A stretch of 64,000 nt of DNA, taken from NCBI GenBank assembly GCA_963717145.1, contig OY970325.1, positions 544,001-608,000 on the forward strand, in the 5' to 3' direction. The notes beneath the pieces are model-generated. The model worked only from the letters and a program-made list of their open reading frames with translations. It was not told the DNA's origin and ran no database searches. The DNA comes from an uncultured Armatimonadetes bacterium (GTDB taxonomy: Bacteria; Armatimonadota; UBA5829; DTJY01). The position numbers and the translations under genes are program-made. Positions 49,842-60,900 of this stretch are shown piece after piece (within the stretch, counting starts at the first letter, position 1; each line of letters starts with the position of its first letter).

Positions 49842-50732
49842 CTATCCCGCCTTCGTGCCGTAGCAGATCATCATCGAGGACCCAGCAACCGTGTTGTACT
49901 CCCGTCCATGCGCTGTGAACTCCGTGCTGACGTACTTCTCGATCTCCAACTGCTCCGTCGCCTCGTCCGAGGTCAGACCCCGCCCGATCAGATTGGCGAT
50001 GACTGCCTGATCGTCCATCCCGGGACTGCCGAATGCCTCCTCGCGCAGGGCAGCATAGAGGCGCTCCTTCTCGTCAGCGGGTAGATCGGGGTGCAGATAG
50101 TTCACGCGATCGCTCACTCTGCACTCGACGTCGTTCAGACCGAGTTCGCGCATGTACACGGGCAGTCGGATGCCGATGTTGCCGTCTTTGCCCGTCCGCA
50201 GCCTGTCCTCTTCCCAGAGCTTCTGCAGAATGGTCGGATTCCGGGTGTTGTTGATGTCCAACTCGTGGATGAGATGGTTCGCCAGGAAACCATTCCGGTG
50301 AGGCTCAATGCAGAGGACCTTTCCGCCGGGCCTCGTACACCGGATCATCGTCGAGAGCACGTTTTTCGGCTCAGTGAGGTGCAGGAGCAGGGCCTGGCAG
50401 ACGGCCAGGTCATACCCGCCCTCCGGCAGTTCGATGGACTCGACATCGCCAAGTATGAACTCGGCATGGTAGGGTGATCGGTCGAACAGATCTCTTGCTG
50501 TGCGAATGAGTTCCTCTCCCCTGTCGATCCCGGTATACCTGGATCCCTTGGGGAGGTAGGGAAGGAGTTTGAGCCCGAGGTAGCCGGCCCCGCAGCCGAA
50601 GTCGATAAGATCCGTCGGCTCGGTGAGTCGGAGCACCCTGGTAAGCAGGAACTCCAGGTAGTCGTCGTTGTGATACAACCGACGACTCCTAAGGAGGTAC
50701 TCTATCTTCTCGTCCCAGTAGTACTCACTCAT
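49842..50732 (-). CDS. Class I SAM-dependent methyltransferase
   Basis: LIDFGCGAGYLG, YTGID, YDLAVCQALLLH, RPGGKVLCIEP. Confidence 0.9.
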   Translation of the reverse strand: MSEYYWDEKIEYLLRSRRLYHNDDYLEFLLTRVLRLTEPTDLIDFGCGAGYLGLKLLPYLPKGSRYTGIDRGEELIRTARDLFDRSPYHAEFILGDVESIELPEGGYDLAVCQALLLHLTEPKNVLSTMIRCTRPGGKVLCIEPHRNGFLANHLIHELDINNTRNPTILQKLWEEDRLRTGKDGNIGIRLPVYMRELGLNDVECRVSDRVNYLHPDLPADEKERLYAALREEAFGSPGMDDQAVIANLIGRGLTSDEATEQLEIEKYVSTEFTAHGREYNTVAGSSMMICYGTKAG

Positions 50733-50750
50733 CTCTCGCGTCCCTTGAAG

Positions 50751-51167
50751 CTACTCGCCCTGAACCGTGACGATGATCGTCCGGCGGCGGGGCCTGACGT
50801 CGCATTCCAGGAAGAAGATCTGCTGCCATGTGCCGAGGACCGGTTTCCCATCCCTGACCGGCACAGTCAGCGATGGTCCGATCAATGTCGCCTGAAGGTG
50901 GGAGTGCGCATTCGCATCCTTCGCGGTCTGCTGATGATCGTATTCCCCATCCAGAGGAACCAGCCGATCGAGCAGCGCCGCGATATCATGCGCCAGTCCG
51001 CGTTCCAATTCCATCGAGCCGACGGCGCCGGTGCTTCCGACATTGAAGACGTTCAGGATCCCGGTCTTGATGCCCGACTTCTGGACGATCTCGGCGACTC
51101 TTGCGGTGATGTCGTGTATCTCGTGCCTGTCCTGGGTATTGAGACGTATCTCTTCCTGGCAAACCAT
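50751..51167 (-). CDS. yjbQ: YjbQ / UPF0047 family protein
   Basis: NAHSHLQATLIG, LGTWQQIFFLECD. Confidence 0.9.
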   Translation of the reverse strand: MVCQEEIRLNTQDRHEIHDITARVAEIVQKSGIKTGILNVFNVGSTGAVGSMELERGLAHDIAALLDRLVPLDGEYDHQQTAKDANAHSHLQATLIGPSLTVPVRDGKPVLGTWQQIFFLECDVRPRRRTIIVTVQGE

Positions 51168-51198
51168 CTCTCTGCTCCTCTCTCGAAACGCAACTTCT

Positions 51199-51271
51199 AC
51201 ATGTAGTGGCCGTGCCTCTGTGCCGGCCATCGGCGTGGAAAGGCCGGCACGGAGGCACGGCCACTACATGT
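51199..51271. repeat. GTAG-type REPIN
   Basis: ACATGTAGTGGCCGTGCC ... GGCACGGCCACTACATGT. Confidence 0.85.
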
Positions 51272-51386
51272 GTTTGTCGCGGCGGTGCTTGAGCATCACC
51301 TTGAACTCGCGGATCGGAATCACTATCCATATGATGAATATGACGAAGCCGATACTCCAGATTCCCCATGTTATCCAGTCGAACAT
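51264..51386 (-). CDS. Small single-pass membrane protein (40 aa)
   Basis: MFDWITWGIWSIGFVIFIIWIVIPIREFKVMLKHRRDKHM*; GGGAGG RBS right after the URO-D stop; below the ORF-track length cutoff. Confidence 0.7.
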   Translation of the reverse strand: MFDWITWGIWSIGFVIFIIWIVIPIREFKVMLKHRRDKHM

Positions 51387-51398
51387 CTCGATCCTCCC

Positions 51399-52487
51399 TC
51401 AGTATCGCCCGAATTCCCTGTACGCATCCAGAAGCGCGAGCGCGTTCTCCACGGGCGTATCGGCCTGGATGTTGTGCGCGGTGCACAGAATGTATCCGCC
51501 ACCGGGCCCAAATGCCTCGACCCTCTCCTTGACTTCCCGGCGAATCTCTTCCTTCGTCCCGAAAGGCAACGTCTGCTGGATCGACATCCCGCCGTGGAAT
51601 GCCAACTTGTCGCCGAACTGAGCCTTGAGCGTGTGCGGATCCATATCGAACGCTTCCGGCTGGACCGACTGCAGGACGTCCAATCCCCGCTCGATCATCA
51701 GCGGGATGATCGGCCTGACGGAGCCGCACGTATGGTGCATCACGCGGATGCCATGCGATTTCGCCAGGGAGACATAGTCGGCAAACCCCTGCCCGAGGAA
51801 CTGAGTCCACATCGCGGGCGAGACGAGCGGTCCGTTCTGCGAGCCGAAGTCGTCGCCCATGAGCAGGATGTCGATCGTACCCCTCGCGGCCTCGAATATC
51901 CTCTCAGCGTAGGAGCAGTAGAAGCTGCGGACGCGGCGGAAGATCGTCTCGGCGATCTCCGGCTCCATGCACATATCGAGGAGAATCTGTTCGACTCCTC
52001 TGAGATACATCGCGGGCTTGAGCTGGGCCAGTCGGTTCATCCTGTCGCCCTGGAAGACCGCGACCCGTGCCTTCCGGCGCACTTCCTCACATTGCGCCTC
52101 GATGACCGAATAGTCGAACCAGTCGGGCGAGGGCCAATGGTCATAGGCTTCGATCTCCTCGACCGTCGTCATAGCGCTGAGTGGTGACTTCGCGACCTCC
52201 TCGTATGTCTCCGCGCCGTCCTGGAGTTGGAGGCTGACCATCGTGCGGCGGACTCCCCAGATATCCTCGTCCGTGCCATCCTCGAAGGCCCGGAGCGGAG
52301 GTCCGATGTACGCCGGGCCTTCGATATAGCGCAGGTCCACATCCCTCACGTCCAGGAGTGCCTCCATGTCAGTATTCAGCGCGGAGAGGATCTTCCGACT
52401 GAACCCCTTCGACATCCACAGGTCGATCGGAACTCTATCAGGTTCCTCGAAATCGAGTGCCTTGAATACTCGTTCTCTGGAATCCAC
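51399..52487 (-). CDS. Uroporphyrinogen decarboxylase-family protein
   Basis: DSRERV..EEPDRVPID, DIWGV, GDDFGSQ, HHTCGS, GGMSIQQTLPFGT, AHNIQ; GTG start at 52487. Confidence 0.88.
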   Translation of the reverse strand: MDSRERVFKALDFEEPDRVPIDLWMSKGFSRKILSALNTDMEALLDVRDVDLRYIEGPAYIGPPLRAFEDGTDEDIWGVRRTMVSLQLQDGAETYEEVAKSPLSAMTTVEEIEAYDHWPSPDWFDYSVIEAQCEEVRRKARVAVFQGDRMNRLAQLKPAMYLRGVEQILLDMCMEPEIAETIFRRVRSFYCSYAERIFEAARGTIDILLMGDDFGSQNGPLVSPAMWTQFLGQGFADYVSLAKSHGIRVMHHTCGSVRPIIPLMIERGLDVLQSVQPEAFDMDPHTLKAQFGDKLAFHGGMSIQQTLPFGTKEEIRREVKERVEAFGPGGGYILCTAHNIQADTPVENALALLDAYREFGRY

Positions 52488-52501
52488 AGGTGCTTCCTCT
52501 C

Positions 52502-53842
52502 TCAGTCGCTCTTGCTGGATGGAACGGCGTTCCACTTGGGAATCAGGAGCAGGGCTGCAATGAAGATAAGCCCCGCCAGGCCGTAGAAGAGCGCGCCCCA
52601 GCCGTACTTCTCCGAGATGACACCCGGCAGCGATCCGCCGACGAACCCGCCGATCGACCCGAAACCGTTGATGATGCCGACCGATGTCGATGCGCCCCGC
52701 TTCGTACCGAAGTCGACGGCGGCGGTCGATGCGATCGTCGAGTCCGGGCCGAACAGGAAGAATCCGATCGCGAAGAGCACCCCGCACATCGCCCAGACGC
52801 TCCCGCCGCGAGTGAGCAGATCGAATGACGCCGCCACGAGCGACAAGAGGAACAGGCCGATGACGCACACCGGCATTCTCCTCGCCCCGAACAGCTTGTC
52901 CGAGGCGTAACCCGCAGCGATTGCGCCGAGTGGTCCGGCCGCCTCGAAGAGTATCGCAATCAGTCCCGATTGTCCCACGCCGGTCCCGAGTTTCTCGTAG
53001 ACGATCAGCGGTCCCCAGAACAGGATCGCGTATCGAGCGGGTTTGAGGCAGAAGTAGACCAGACCGAGGCGGAGGACCATCATGTTCTTGAGGGTCGCGA
53101 CGATAGTCTCCCAGGAGCCGTGCTCATCGTCACTGGGACTGGGGATTGCCTGGAGGGCTTCCCCCGGCTCGCAGTGATACGCCTCGATCTCGCAGAGGCC
53201 GCAGTCCTCAGGGCGATTCTTCTGGAATGCGATGAAGAGCAGCCAGATCACAAAGAGCGCGCCCGCGGTTGCGAAGAATGCGGCGCGCCATCCATAGTAC
53301 TCGGCGGTGTATGCGGCGAAGGGAGTCGCGATCAGCCCGCCGATGGCGTAGTTCGAGCACCACCAGCCGTATGCCCGCCCGCGCTCCTTGCGAGAGAACC
53401 AGCATCCGACGTTCTTCGTAAGCGGCCCCCATCCGCTCGACTGGCAGAGGCCCTGGATGAAGAAGATCACTCCGAATGCCAGAACGATGCTCGATACGCC
53501 CATAGCGGCTCCGAAGATCACCGAGCCGAGCATCCCGACGAGCACAACCTTGCGTGCCCCGTATCTATCGCCGGCGATCCCCCATACAAACTGGCCGATC
53601 GCATATGCGATGAGATAGGCCCCGTCGATCCAGCCCATCTGCGCCTTGGTGATCCCGAGGTGCGCGTCCTCGAGCATCCCGGGCTTGGCGGCAGAGAAAG
53701 CCTTGCGGGTCAGATAGAACCCGACATACGCCAGCCATGTGATGCCGAAGATCTGCCATCGCCATCGTTCGTAGATGGGATCTTTCTGGTGACCCGAGGG
53801 GCTCGGACTCCCCGGAGCTTGAGTGTTCTGTTCCATATTCAT
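52502..53842 (-). CDS. MFS transporter, organophosphate:Pi antiporter (GlpT/UhpT-like)
   Basis: YLTRK, GDRYGAR, WFSRKERG, FFLFGPD, GIINGFGSIG. Confidence 0.88.
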   Translation of the reverse strand: MNMEQNTQAPGSPSPSGHQKDPIYERWRWQIFGITWLAYVGFYLTRKAFSAAKPGMLEDAHLGITKAQMGWIDGAYLIAYAIGQFVWGIAGDRYGARKVVLVGMLGSVIFGAAMGVSSIVLAFGVIFFIQGLCQSSGWGPLTKNVGCWFSRKERGRAYGWWCSNYAIGGLIATPFAAYTAEYYGWRAAFFATAGALFVIWLLFIAFQKNRPEDCGLCEIEAYHCEPGEALQAIPSPSDDEHGSWETIVATLKNMMVLRLGLVYFCLKPARYAILFWGPLIVYEKLGTGVGQSGLIAILFEAAGPLGAIAAGYASDKLFGARRMPVCVIGLFLLSLVAASFDLLTRGGSVWAMCGVLFAIGFFLFGPDSTIASTAAVDFGTKRGASTSVGIINGFGSIGGFVGGSLPGVISEKYGWGALFYGLAGLIFIAALLLIPKWNAVPSSKSD

Positions 53843-53874
53843 GGTTCCTCCCCCCAACTCACTAAGAAAGCCCC

Positions 53875-53983
53875 CACCGTGAGTCCTGAGTGCGCCTCTG
53901 GGCGTGTATCGAAGGACGGCTTCAATAGTGCCACAAGGCCGTCCTTCGATACACGCCCAGAGGCGCACTCAGGACTCACGGTG
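53875..53983. repeat. 46-bp perfect inverted repeat (REPIN-like)
   Basis: Arms 53875-53920 and 53938-53983 are exact reverse complements. Confidence 0.9.
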
Positions 53984-54045
53984 TGCTCTCTAACGGAAAC
54001 AACTGCGCAAGCTGCGCAGTCAAGCGCTCAGAATGACACTGCCGA

Positions 54046-55776
54046 TCAGTCGCTGTAGACTCGGATCAGTCCACCCGCGAAGAAGATCAGCATCCCTCCG
54101 ACTGCGAGGTGCGACGCCAGCGCAAATGCCACGCTTCCCGATATCACGCCCGACAGGAATATGATCAGGCCACAGAGCATCATCCCGACGCCGAACTTGC
54201 CCGTGGCGGTCGTCGGGATGAGGTGGATCTCCTCCGCCGAGGTCGCCATCTTGGCGCACTTGAAGGCGTCCCAGATGCGTTGGCAGTCCGGGGTGACCTG
54301 CTGCTTCGGGAACATGATGCTGATCACCGGAACGGCGATCAGAGCGGCTATGGTGCTCGCCAGCGCGGCGATGCTCTTGGCCCAGAGCGACCAGTTCACG
54401 TTCTCACCGAGCAGCGTGTGAACTATCCGATAAGCGGACAGGTCCGGGTTGGCGTTGAAATACCTGAAGCACAGGTATCCGGCGGTCGCACCGATCAGAT
54501 ACCCGCCGATCGCGCCCTGCCAGTTGGCCCGACGGGAGAAGAGCCCGTAGACGATCGTGATGACGAAGACCGGCATGTCCACGATCGCGACGATAGTGAG
54601 GTTGGCCTGGACCACACCCTTGAACTGGCTGACTATGTAGTATGCGAACAGGATCATCAGGATGCCGGTCACGACAGTAGCGGTTCGCACCACTCTCAAC
54701 AGGTGCTTGGGCGCGGCCTTACGGAATATGTTGTTGTACACATCGCACGTGAAGAGAGTCGCAACTGAGTTGATGTCGGCGCTGATGGCCGACATCATGG
54801 ATGCGACCAATCCGCACATGACGAGCCCCAGAACGCCCGGCATCAGATACGCTCGCATGAAGGACGCCATTACCATGTCCGGCTTCGCGATCCCAGGCTG
54901 AAGGACCAGATCGCTAAGCGCCGGGAGAATCCACAGGAAGGCGAAGGGCGTAGTGATGATCCCCGAGAGCACCATCCCCTTGGCGACAGTGCGAGGGTTC
55001 CGACCGCCGAACGCGCGCTGGAGGATCGCCTGATCGATGCACGCCCATTTGGTCGCGAGGAGGATCATCGAGATGATGAATAGCCAGTTGAACTCCGTGC
55101 TTTGGGAGACGAATTTCAGATGCTCGCGCATGACGCCCGAATGGTTGATGACCTCGATGACATGCGGCACTCCGCCGGCATTGATCGTCGCGATCGGGAG
55201 CACAATCAGCGCGCCTCCGAGCATGAAGGCAAAGGCGATGGTATCGGTCATGGAGACCGACCACGCTCCGCCGATCGCGCTGTAGATAATCGCGATGGCC
55301 GAGAACGCCGCGAACCAGATCCAGACGCTATCGACGCCGGTGATGACGCGAGCGGCGGTGACTGCGGCCCAGAGGATCACGGCCAGGTAGAAACAGAGCC
55401 GGAGCGCCCAGATGAAGCCGATGAACAGCCGGATGTACTTGTTGTAGCGCAACTCGAGGAACTCGGGAACGGTGCGAACCATCAGGCGTCGGAGGATAGG
55501 CACGACGAACAGGCCGGAAAACACGAGGGCCATGTTCCCAATCCACGTCTGCCAGATGATCCCGAGCCCACTCTTGTATGCAGCGCCCGCCTGCCCGATG
55601 AAACTGTACATGTTCACGTTCGTAGCGGTGATGGTCGCGGCCAGGATGAATGGGGTGAGTTGGCGACCGGCGACATAGAAGTCGTCGGTCTCCTTGACCC
55701 ACCGGGAGAAGTATATGCCCGCGAGAAACATCAGGGCGAGGAATCCGACAACGAGGATGATGTCTACGGGAGCCAT
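54046..55776 (-). CDS. Sodium:solute symporter family protein
   Basis: DDFYVAGR, TVPEFLELRY, YSAIGG, DQAILQR, SADINS. Confidence 0.9.
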   Translation of the reverse strand: MAPVDIILVVGFLALMFLAGIYFSRWVKETDDFYVAGRQLTPFILAATITATNVNMYSFIGQAGAAYKSGLGIIWQTWIGNMALVFSGLFVVPILRRLMVRTVPEFLELRYNKYIRLFIGFIWALRLCFYLAVILWAAVTAARVITGVDSVWIWFAAFSAIAIIYSAIGGAWSVSMTDTIAFAFMLGGALIVLPIATINAGGVPHVIEVINHSGVMREHLKFVSQSTEFNWLFIISMILLATKWACIDQAILQRAFGGRNPRTVAKGMVLSGIITTPFAFLWILPALSDLVLQPGIAKPDMVMASFMRAYLMPGVLGLVMCGLVASMMSAISADINSVATLFTCDVYNNIFRKAAPKHLLRVVRTATVVTGILMILFAYYIVSQFKGVVQANLTIVAIVDMPVFVITIVYGLFSRRANWQGAIGGYLIGATAGYLCFRYFNANPDLSAYRIVHTLLGENVNWSLWAKSIAALASTIAALIAVPVISIMFPKQQVTPDCQRIWDAFKCAKMATSAEEIHLIPTTATGKFGVGMMLCGLIIFLSGVISGSVAFALASHLAVGGMLIFFAGGLIRVYSD

Positions 55777-55822
55777 CTGAGCCTTCCTTAACCGCAGGAG
55801 CGTTGTCCTGCATCTGCGCCAG

Positions 55823-55893
55823 CGACTGTAGGGGCGTGCCTTGTGCCGCCCGACGGCCGGGTCACGGCGGCACAAGGCACGCCCCTACAGTCG
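55823..55893. repeat. GTAGGGGCG-type REPIN
   Basis: CGACTGTAGGGGCGTGCCTTGTGCCGCC ... GGCGGCACAAGGCACGCCCCTACAGTCG. Confidence 0.88.
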
Positions 55894-55968
55894 ATGGTGG
55901 ACGAACAATCGGCAGCAAACCGTCTTATGCTATACAGTATGAGCGCAAGTTGTCAAGCACGGAATGCG

Positions 55969-57945
55969 CTACAGGAAGAACGTGTATGTGTCCACGCCCA
56001 GGACGCCTCTGACGAAACTCCACATCCCCCCGACCGCGAACTCCCCGAGTACCAACCCGACGAAGAACGGGATCGCCGCCCGATAACCCCTCAGCCCCGA
56101 GTAGCGCAGGATAAGGACTTTGGTGAGCCAACTGATCATGATCGGCAGCCAGATGTAATCGACGCCGAACGACATCCCGAGCGCATACCCCGCCGGATGG
56201 AAGGGGAAGCCATAGTACATTACCGCGAACTTCGCCAGCCCGATCGCCACTACGGCCCCGATGGCAATGCCCGCCATGCTCATGTAGTTCGACCCAACTG
56301 GATTGTTCAACCAGTTCATCAGTTGGTTGTAAGCGGCACTCGAGAAGCCCGAGCCCGGAGCGCCCGGATGATGAGCCGCGGCATAATGTCTTCCGTACGC
56401 AAGGTGCATGATCGCCCAGAACGCGGAGAAGACTCCGATCACACCTGCCGAAGCCAGTGCGATAACCATCGTCCGAATCTTCAGCCCACTCTCGCTCGCG
56501 GCCTTGAGGCATTCCGCCTGCTGCGGCATCAGCAGTCCACGATGCATCCGGTTCTGGAAGTAGAGCAGAGAGAAGATCGTCAGGTTCTGCGGACCGACGA
56601 ATGCCGTTCCAAGTCCGAGGATGAGCATATTGGACGCCCCGACCGACCCGAGTTCGTGCGACGGCGGTCCGAGTTCCGCTCGGATTCGTGTGAATGCGCC
56701 GCAGAACGCGAGGTACAGAAGGACATACACGACGGCAAGCCAGAGCGCCATCCCCGCAAGGTTGAGGAACCCCATCATAACGAGTGCGGCGAGACCGAGT
56801 GCGATGAATGCCCACCGATAGCTGATCCCGCCGTCGTGCGTCAGTCCTTCTCCGGTCCGAGCCGACTGCCAAATCTCCCGGATGTATCCGCGCCCGAACC
56901 ACAGGCTTGCTGCGAAGAGTGCGATCAGTGCGCCGAACGACTGCTCCTTCAGATAGGGATACCATGCGTCCGTGCCTGTGTATCCGAATGCGGCCGCCGC
57001 GACCTGTTGTGCCTTGCGGAAGAAAAAGAAGAACCAGCTCGAGAATGCCATGTTCGTCGGCATGAAGAAGCTCAGCCCGATCACGAATGGGTAGAACGAC
57101 GCGACCGTCCAGCCCATCGCCTTCCATGGACTCGAGGCGCTGAACCATGGGCTGATGTCGTTCATCTTGACGTTCAGCCTCGGGAGGTTGGGATAGAACT
57201 GCGAGAGGCCGTTCAGCAGGTCGATCCCCGCCGCAAGCGCGAATCCCGCCCAGAAGAGCTTGTTCCTGAAGAGCGGGTTCGATCCTCCGCCCTCCGTGAT
57301 GATAAGTGGGATCTGGACGATCGGATAGGTGAGGCGCTCGTTCTCGACCCAGTGCCTTCGAAGCAGGATCACCATCGAAAGCATGGCGACCATGACGGCG
57401 ATCAGGAACACACTCCACGCGGCAATGGGAACGATCCAGATCTGGAAGTTCGCCCAGTTGTAGAGCGTCGAATGCCCCTGCTCGAAGCTCTTCACTGAAT
57501 CGCTCAGGTCGCTGATTGTGAGCCATCGTGGCAGATGCGGCGCGATCAGTTCGCCCATTCTGTTCTCGGGAGTAGCGAAGTAGGCGGCGTGAGGGATGGT
57601 CGGGACGACCATCTGCATGCAATCGTGCCCGACGAGGCTCGACCCAGTCGCCACCATGCCGTAGACGACCAGGAGTTCCTGCCTGCCCAGAGCGCACTTC
57701 GGGAGGAACCGACGGACGAGCATGTTCAGCGCCATCAGAACGATCAGGCTGAAGATTACGTTGAAGAAGAGCGAAGCGCATGTCGGGAAGCCGGAGTAGT
57801 CCAGCGCCTCCGTCCGCGCGATCCAGAGGCTGTTGACAGGGATGAGCGCGCCCCCGAGGACGAAGACCCACCATCGGAAGCGCTCGCCCTTCGTGGATGG
57901 CTCGATCGAGCCGGGCATCGTGGATCGCGGCCTCATGACGCTCAT
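55969..57945 (-). CDS. DUF6785/DUF6784-type polytopic membrane protein (putative transporter)
   Basis: LRRHWVENERLTYPIVQIP, RIRAELG, FPFHPAGY, FFVGLVLGE; many TM segments. Confidence 0.78.
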   Translation of the reverse strand: MSVMRPRSTMPGSIEPSTKGERFRWWVFVLGGALIPVNSLWIARTEALDYSGFPTCASLFFNVIFSLIVLMALNMLVRRFLPKCALGRQELLVVYGMVATGSSLVGHDCMQMVVPTIPHAAYFATPENRMGELIAPHLPRWLTISDLSDSVKSFEQGHSTLYNWANFQIWIVPIAAWSVFLIAVMVAMLSMVILLRRHWVENERLTYPIVQIPLIITEGGGSNPLFRNKLFWAGFALAAGIDLLNGLSQFYPNLPRLNVKMNDISPWFSASSPWKAMGWTVASFYPFVIGLSFFMPTNMAFSSWFFFFFRKAQQVAAAAFGYTGTDAWYPYLKEQSFGALIALFAASLWFGRGYIREIWQSARTGEGLTHDGGISYRWAFIALGLAALVMMGFLNLAGMALWLAVVYVLLYLAFCGAFTRIRAELGPPSHELGSVGASNMLILGLGTAFVGPQNLTIFSLLYFQNRMHRGLLMPQQAECLKAASESGLKIRTMVIALASAGVIGVFSAFWAIMHLAYGRHYAAAHHPGAPGSGFSSAAYNQLMNWLNNPVGSNYMSMAGIAIGAVVAIGLAKFAVMYYGFPFHPAGYALGMSFGVDYIWLPIMISWLTKVLILRYSGLRGYRAAIPFFVGLVLGEFAVGGMWSFVRGVLGVDTYTFFL

Positions 57946-60900
57946 GGCCGCCCGCCGATTCGGTAGACCGCGACATCCTCCGCGTCCAACCCGACTTCGA
58001 ATGAAGCGGTCCGTGGTTTCCAGCGGACGGACTTGCCGGTCAGAACGTCGGTGAGTCCGCTCCTAAGAGTGACTTCTGATCGAGGATCAAGGGTGACGGT
58101 CACCGTCTTCCGAGTCGCGCTCGGATTGAAGACTGTGAGGTACAACGTCTTCCCGTCCCCGAACCTCTCGATCCAGACATCAGGATCATCGGTGCGGGCG
58201 AGAGTCACCGGCTGCCATCCCGCCTCGGCAACCTCGATGATCGTCGGGACATACTTCGCAAACACCGGTCGATGGCGGTTGACGACGATCGGATCGGCCC
58301 AATACCATCCGCCCGAGGGAGCGCCCTGGTTCGAGGGGAAAACGCCGTAGAAGAGACATCGCTTGACGTAACGGGTCTCCTCATCGACCGTGAGATCGGA
58401 GTACTGGAGCGCGCAATATGGCTTTCCGCGGCTCATGAACCGCGCGAAGTTGAACTCCGAATCGGGCCACGGTGACCATGTGCCGCCCGGCTTCCAGAAG
58501 AACTCGGTGCCCATGACGTCGAGATAGGGCGCGGCGAACGGCGTGACGGGCACGCAGTTTCCGAATGTCAGCCGATCGCCGGAGTGCATCCACTCGGCGA
58601 TGTGCTTTGCGAATGAGATGTGCGAGAAAACCTGTTGCATCGCGGGATTCCGTGCGCTGTCGAACGTGAGCGGCTCCTCGGTATGGAGCCAATGTGCGCG
58701 TCGGTAGTTCAGATTGGCCTCGTAGCACTCCATCGTGTCGAGGTAGACGCCATCGAGCCGGCAAGGAAGGAGTTCGGCTTCTTCGAAGCCGCCGTTCGCG
58801 AGGAAGTTGCGGCCCCCGACATCCAGACTGACATCGTCGAGCCAGAGGATGGTCGAATCGGGCGTCAACGCGGGAGTATCGAGCGAGACGGAGACGAACT
58901 TCGGAAGGCGATCGAGAGTGATCGAATGCGTTGACTTCTTCCATTCGCCGCTGAGGTCTTCGATCGCGAGTGATTCCGCCTTGCTCGTGCCCTCCTCAAA
59001 CCAGAACGTCACTCTCCATCGGAAGCCCGTCCCGCCGATGGGCATATCCTCGCCCCGAGCGCTGTAGGAGAGAGTGAACGGTCCGAGCGATTCGCCCTCA
59101 TACCGTATGATCTGGCTGATCCCCCGGAGGTACTGCTCGTACTGCGACTTCCCCTCGATAGGATCGAATCTGACCGACTGCTTCCCCGATGCCTTCTGCT
59201 CCGTATCGACCTCCAGAAACGGATGTGCCGAGACCCGCGCGAATGTCCATCCGGGGAGATCCCACTGACGGCTGACGGCCATCGTCTCGCGGATCACTTC
59301 ACGGTCCCAGCCGGATGCGTTCGGGTTGACGATCATCATGTTCTCGTTCCGTCCCTGAGGGCTGCGGAAGAAGTACCCTTGCGGATGAGTCCACTGGTCC
59401 TCGATGTAGCTCCCCAGGTATGCCGGATACCGCCTCCGAATGTCGAGAGGGAGCGAGCGGTCGTCCTCGTTAACGATCCGCTTTGCCAGATCGACCGAAC
59501 GCTGTGGAACAACCGCGCCGTGGACCTCATCGCCGATCTCCTGATGGTGGATCCACGGCTCGACGTACTGGAAGGCATACATCCCCTGGCGCTCATCCCA
59601 GCCCATGTGGCCGACCGACTCGAGGAACGCGAAATGGAAGTCCTCATGCTCGACGATCGCCGGCGGTGTCATGAACGGCAGCCAGATTCCCTGCTTCTCG
59701 ACGCGGTTTTCGAAGGCCCAGCCGAAGATGCGCTGATACTTCTCGGTCGCCCCTCGGAAGCCGTCCATGTAGGTGAACAGATAGGCGGTGAAAGAGCCTT
59801 TGTTCGCCCACAGACCCGCGTTCGGGCTCATGCCGATGTCGAAGCGGATCCGAAGCTCCTTGCGCTCGGCGTCGTATTCCGTCTGGAAGACTCGCGGCTC
59901 GGCGACTGATGTCCCGAGGGCGAGGCCGACGCCCTTTGCCGTCTCGATGCAGGCGATCGGGTAACGGCTGTTGTAGCCGTCACGCCCCGCGCCATACCAC
60001 TTGCCCGCGCGATAGAGCATCCCCGGCTCGATCTTCCGCTTCGTGCGCATATCATCCCACCAGACGCCTCCGATCGCGTCGAATGGGATGGCGACATATC
60101 CGCTGATCGCACGATCCACGGGCTGAGTGCTCTCGAATGAACATCCGACCTCGATGCAGTCGGGCTTCGGGCGGTAGGTCACGAGCCCCTTGAGAGATGA
60201 GGGCGCAATCTCGAACTCCTGAAGCACCGAGCCGTCGATCCGTCTGAGTGAACCCACGGGGGAGGAGATCCGGTAATCCGCCGGTTGAAGCTTCACATCC
60301 CGATACCACGCCGTGCACTTCCCGCCGGGGACGGAAAGGTCGAGGTCAACGGATTTCAAAGGCCGGTCGGGACAGATGATGCGCTTGTTGAACTGCGGGC
60401 TGTGATCGTATTGCCCGAAGTACGCCGACACCTCGGGCATCTTCGAGCCGTCGGAGTGGGAAACGTTCGCATTCAGCGCAAGGTTGCGGTTGATCCAGCC
60501 CAGCGCCTCACCCTCGAGGTGCGCCTGACACCAGCCGGACAGCACGAGCGGCTGAGCCTCGGTCTGGTTCACCTGCACCTGAGTCTTCGGACGGACTTCA
60601 TCCTCACCGGAGACGCGCATCCACTTGCCGGGATGACCGTTCGCCGATTCCTCAATCGATGCATCAGGAACCGACCAGTTCCCTGCGAGCAGATCGGGGG
60701 CATCCGGATCCTCGATCACTTCCTCGAAGCGGATGAGCGGCGCATACAAGGGAAAAGATGCCCCGCCGATCCGCAGTCTCTTCGCCTTCCCATCAGACTG
60801 GTCAAGCGACAGCTCCATGCGGTCGTCCGTCGAGAGTCGGATCGTCCCCGCCGTTTCCCGCAGGTTTGACTCCGCCGCGCACGATATCAGAGGCAGCGCC

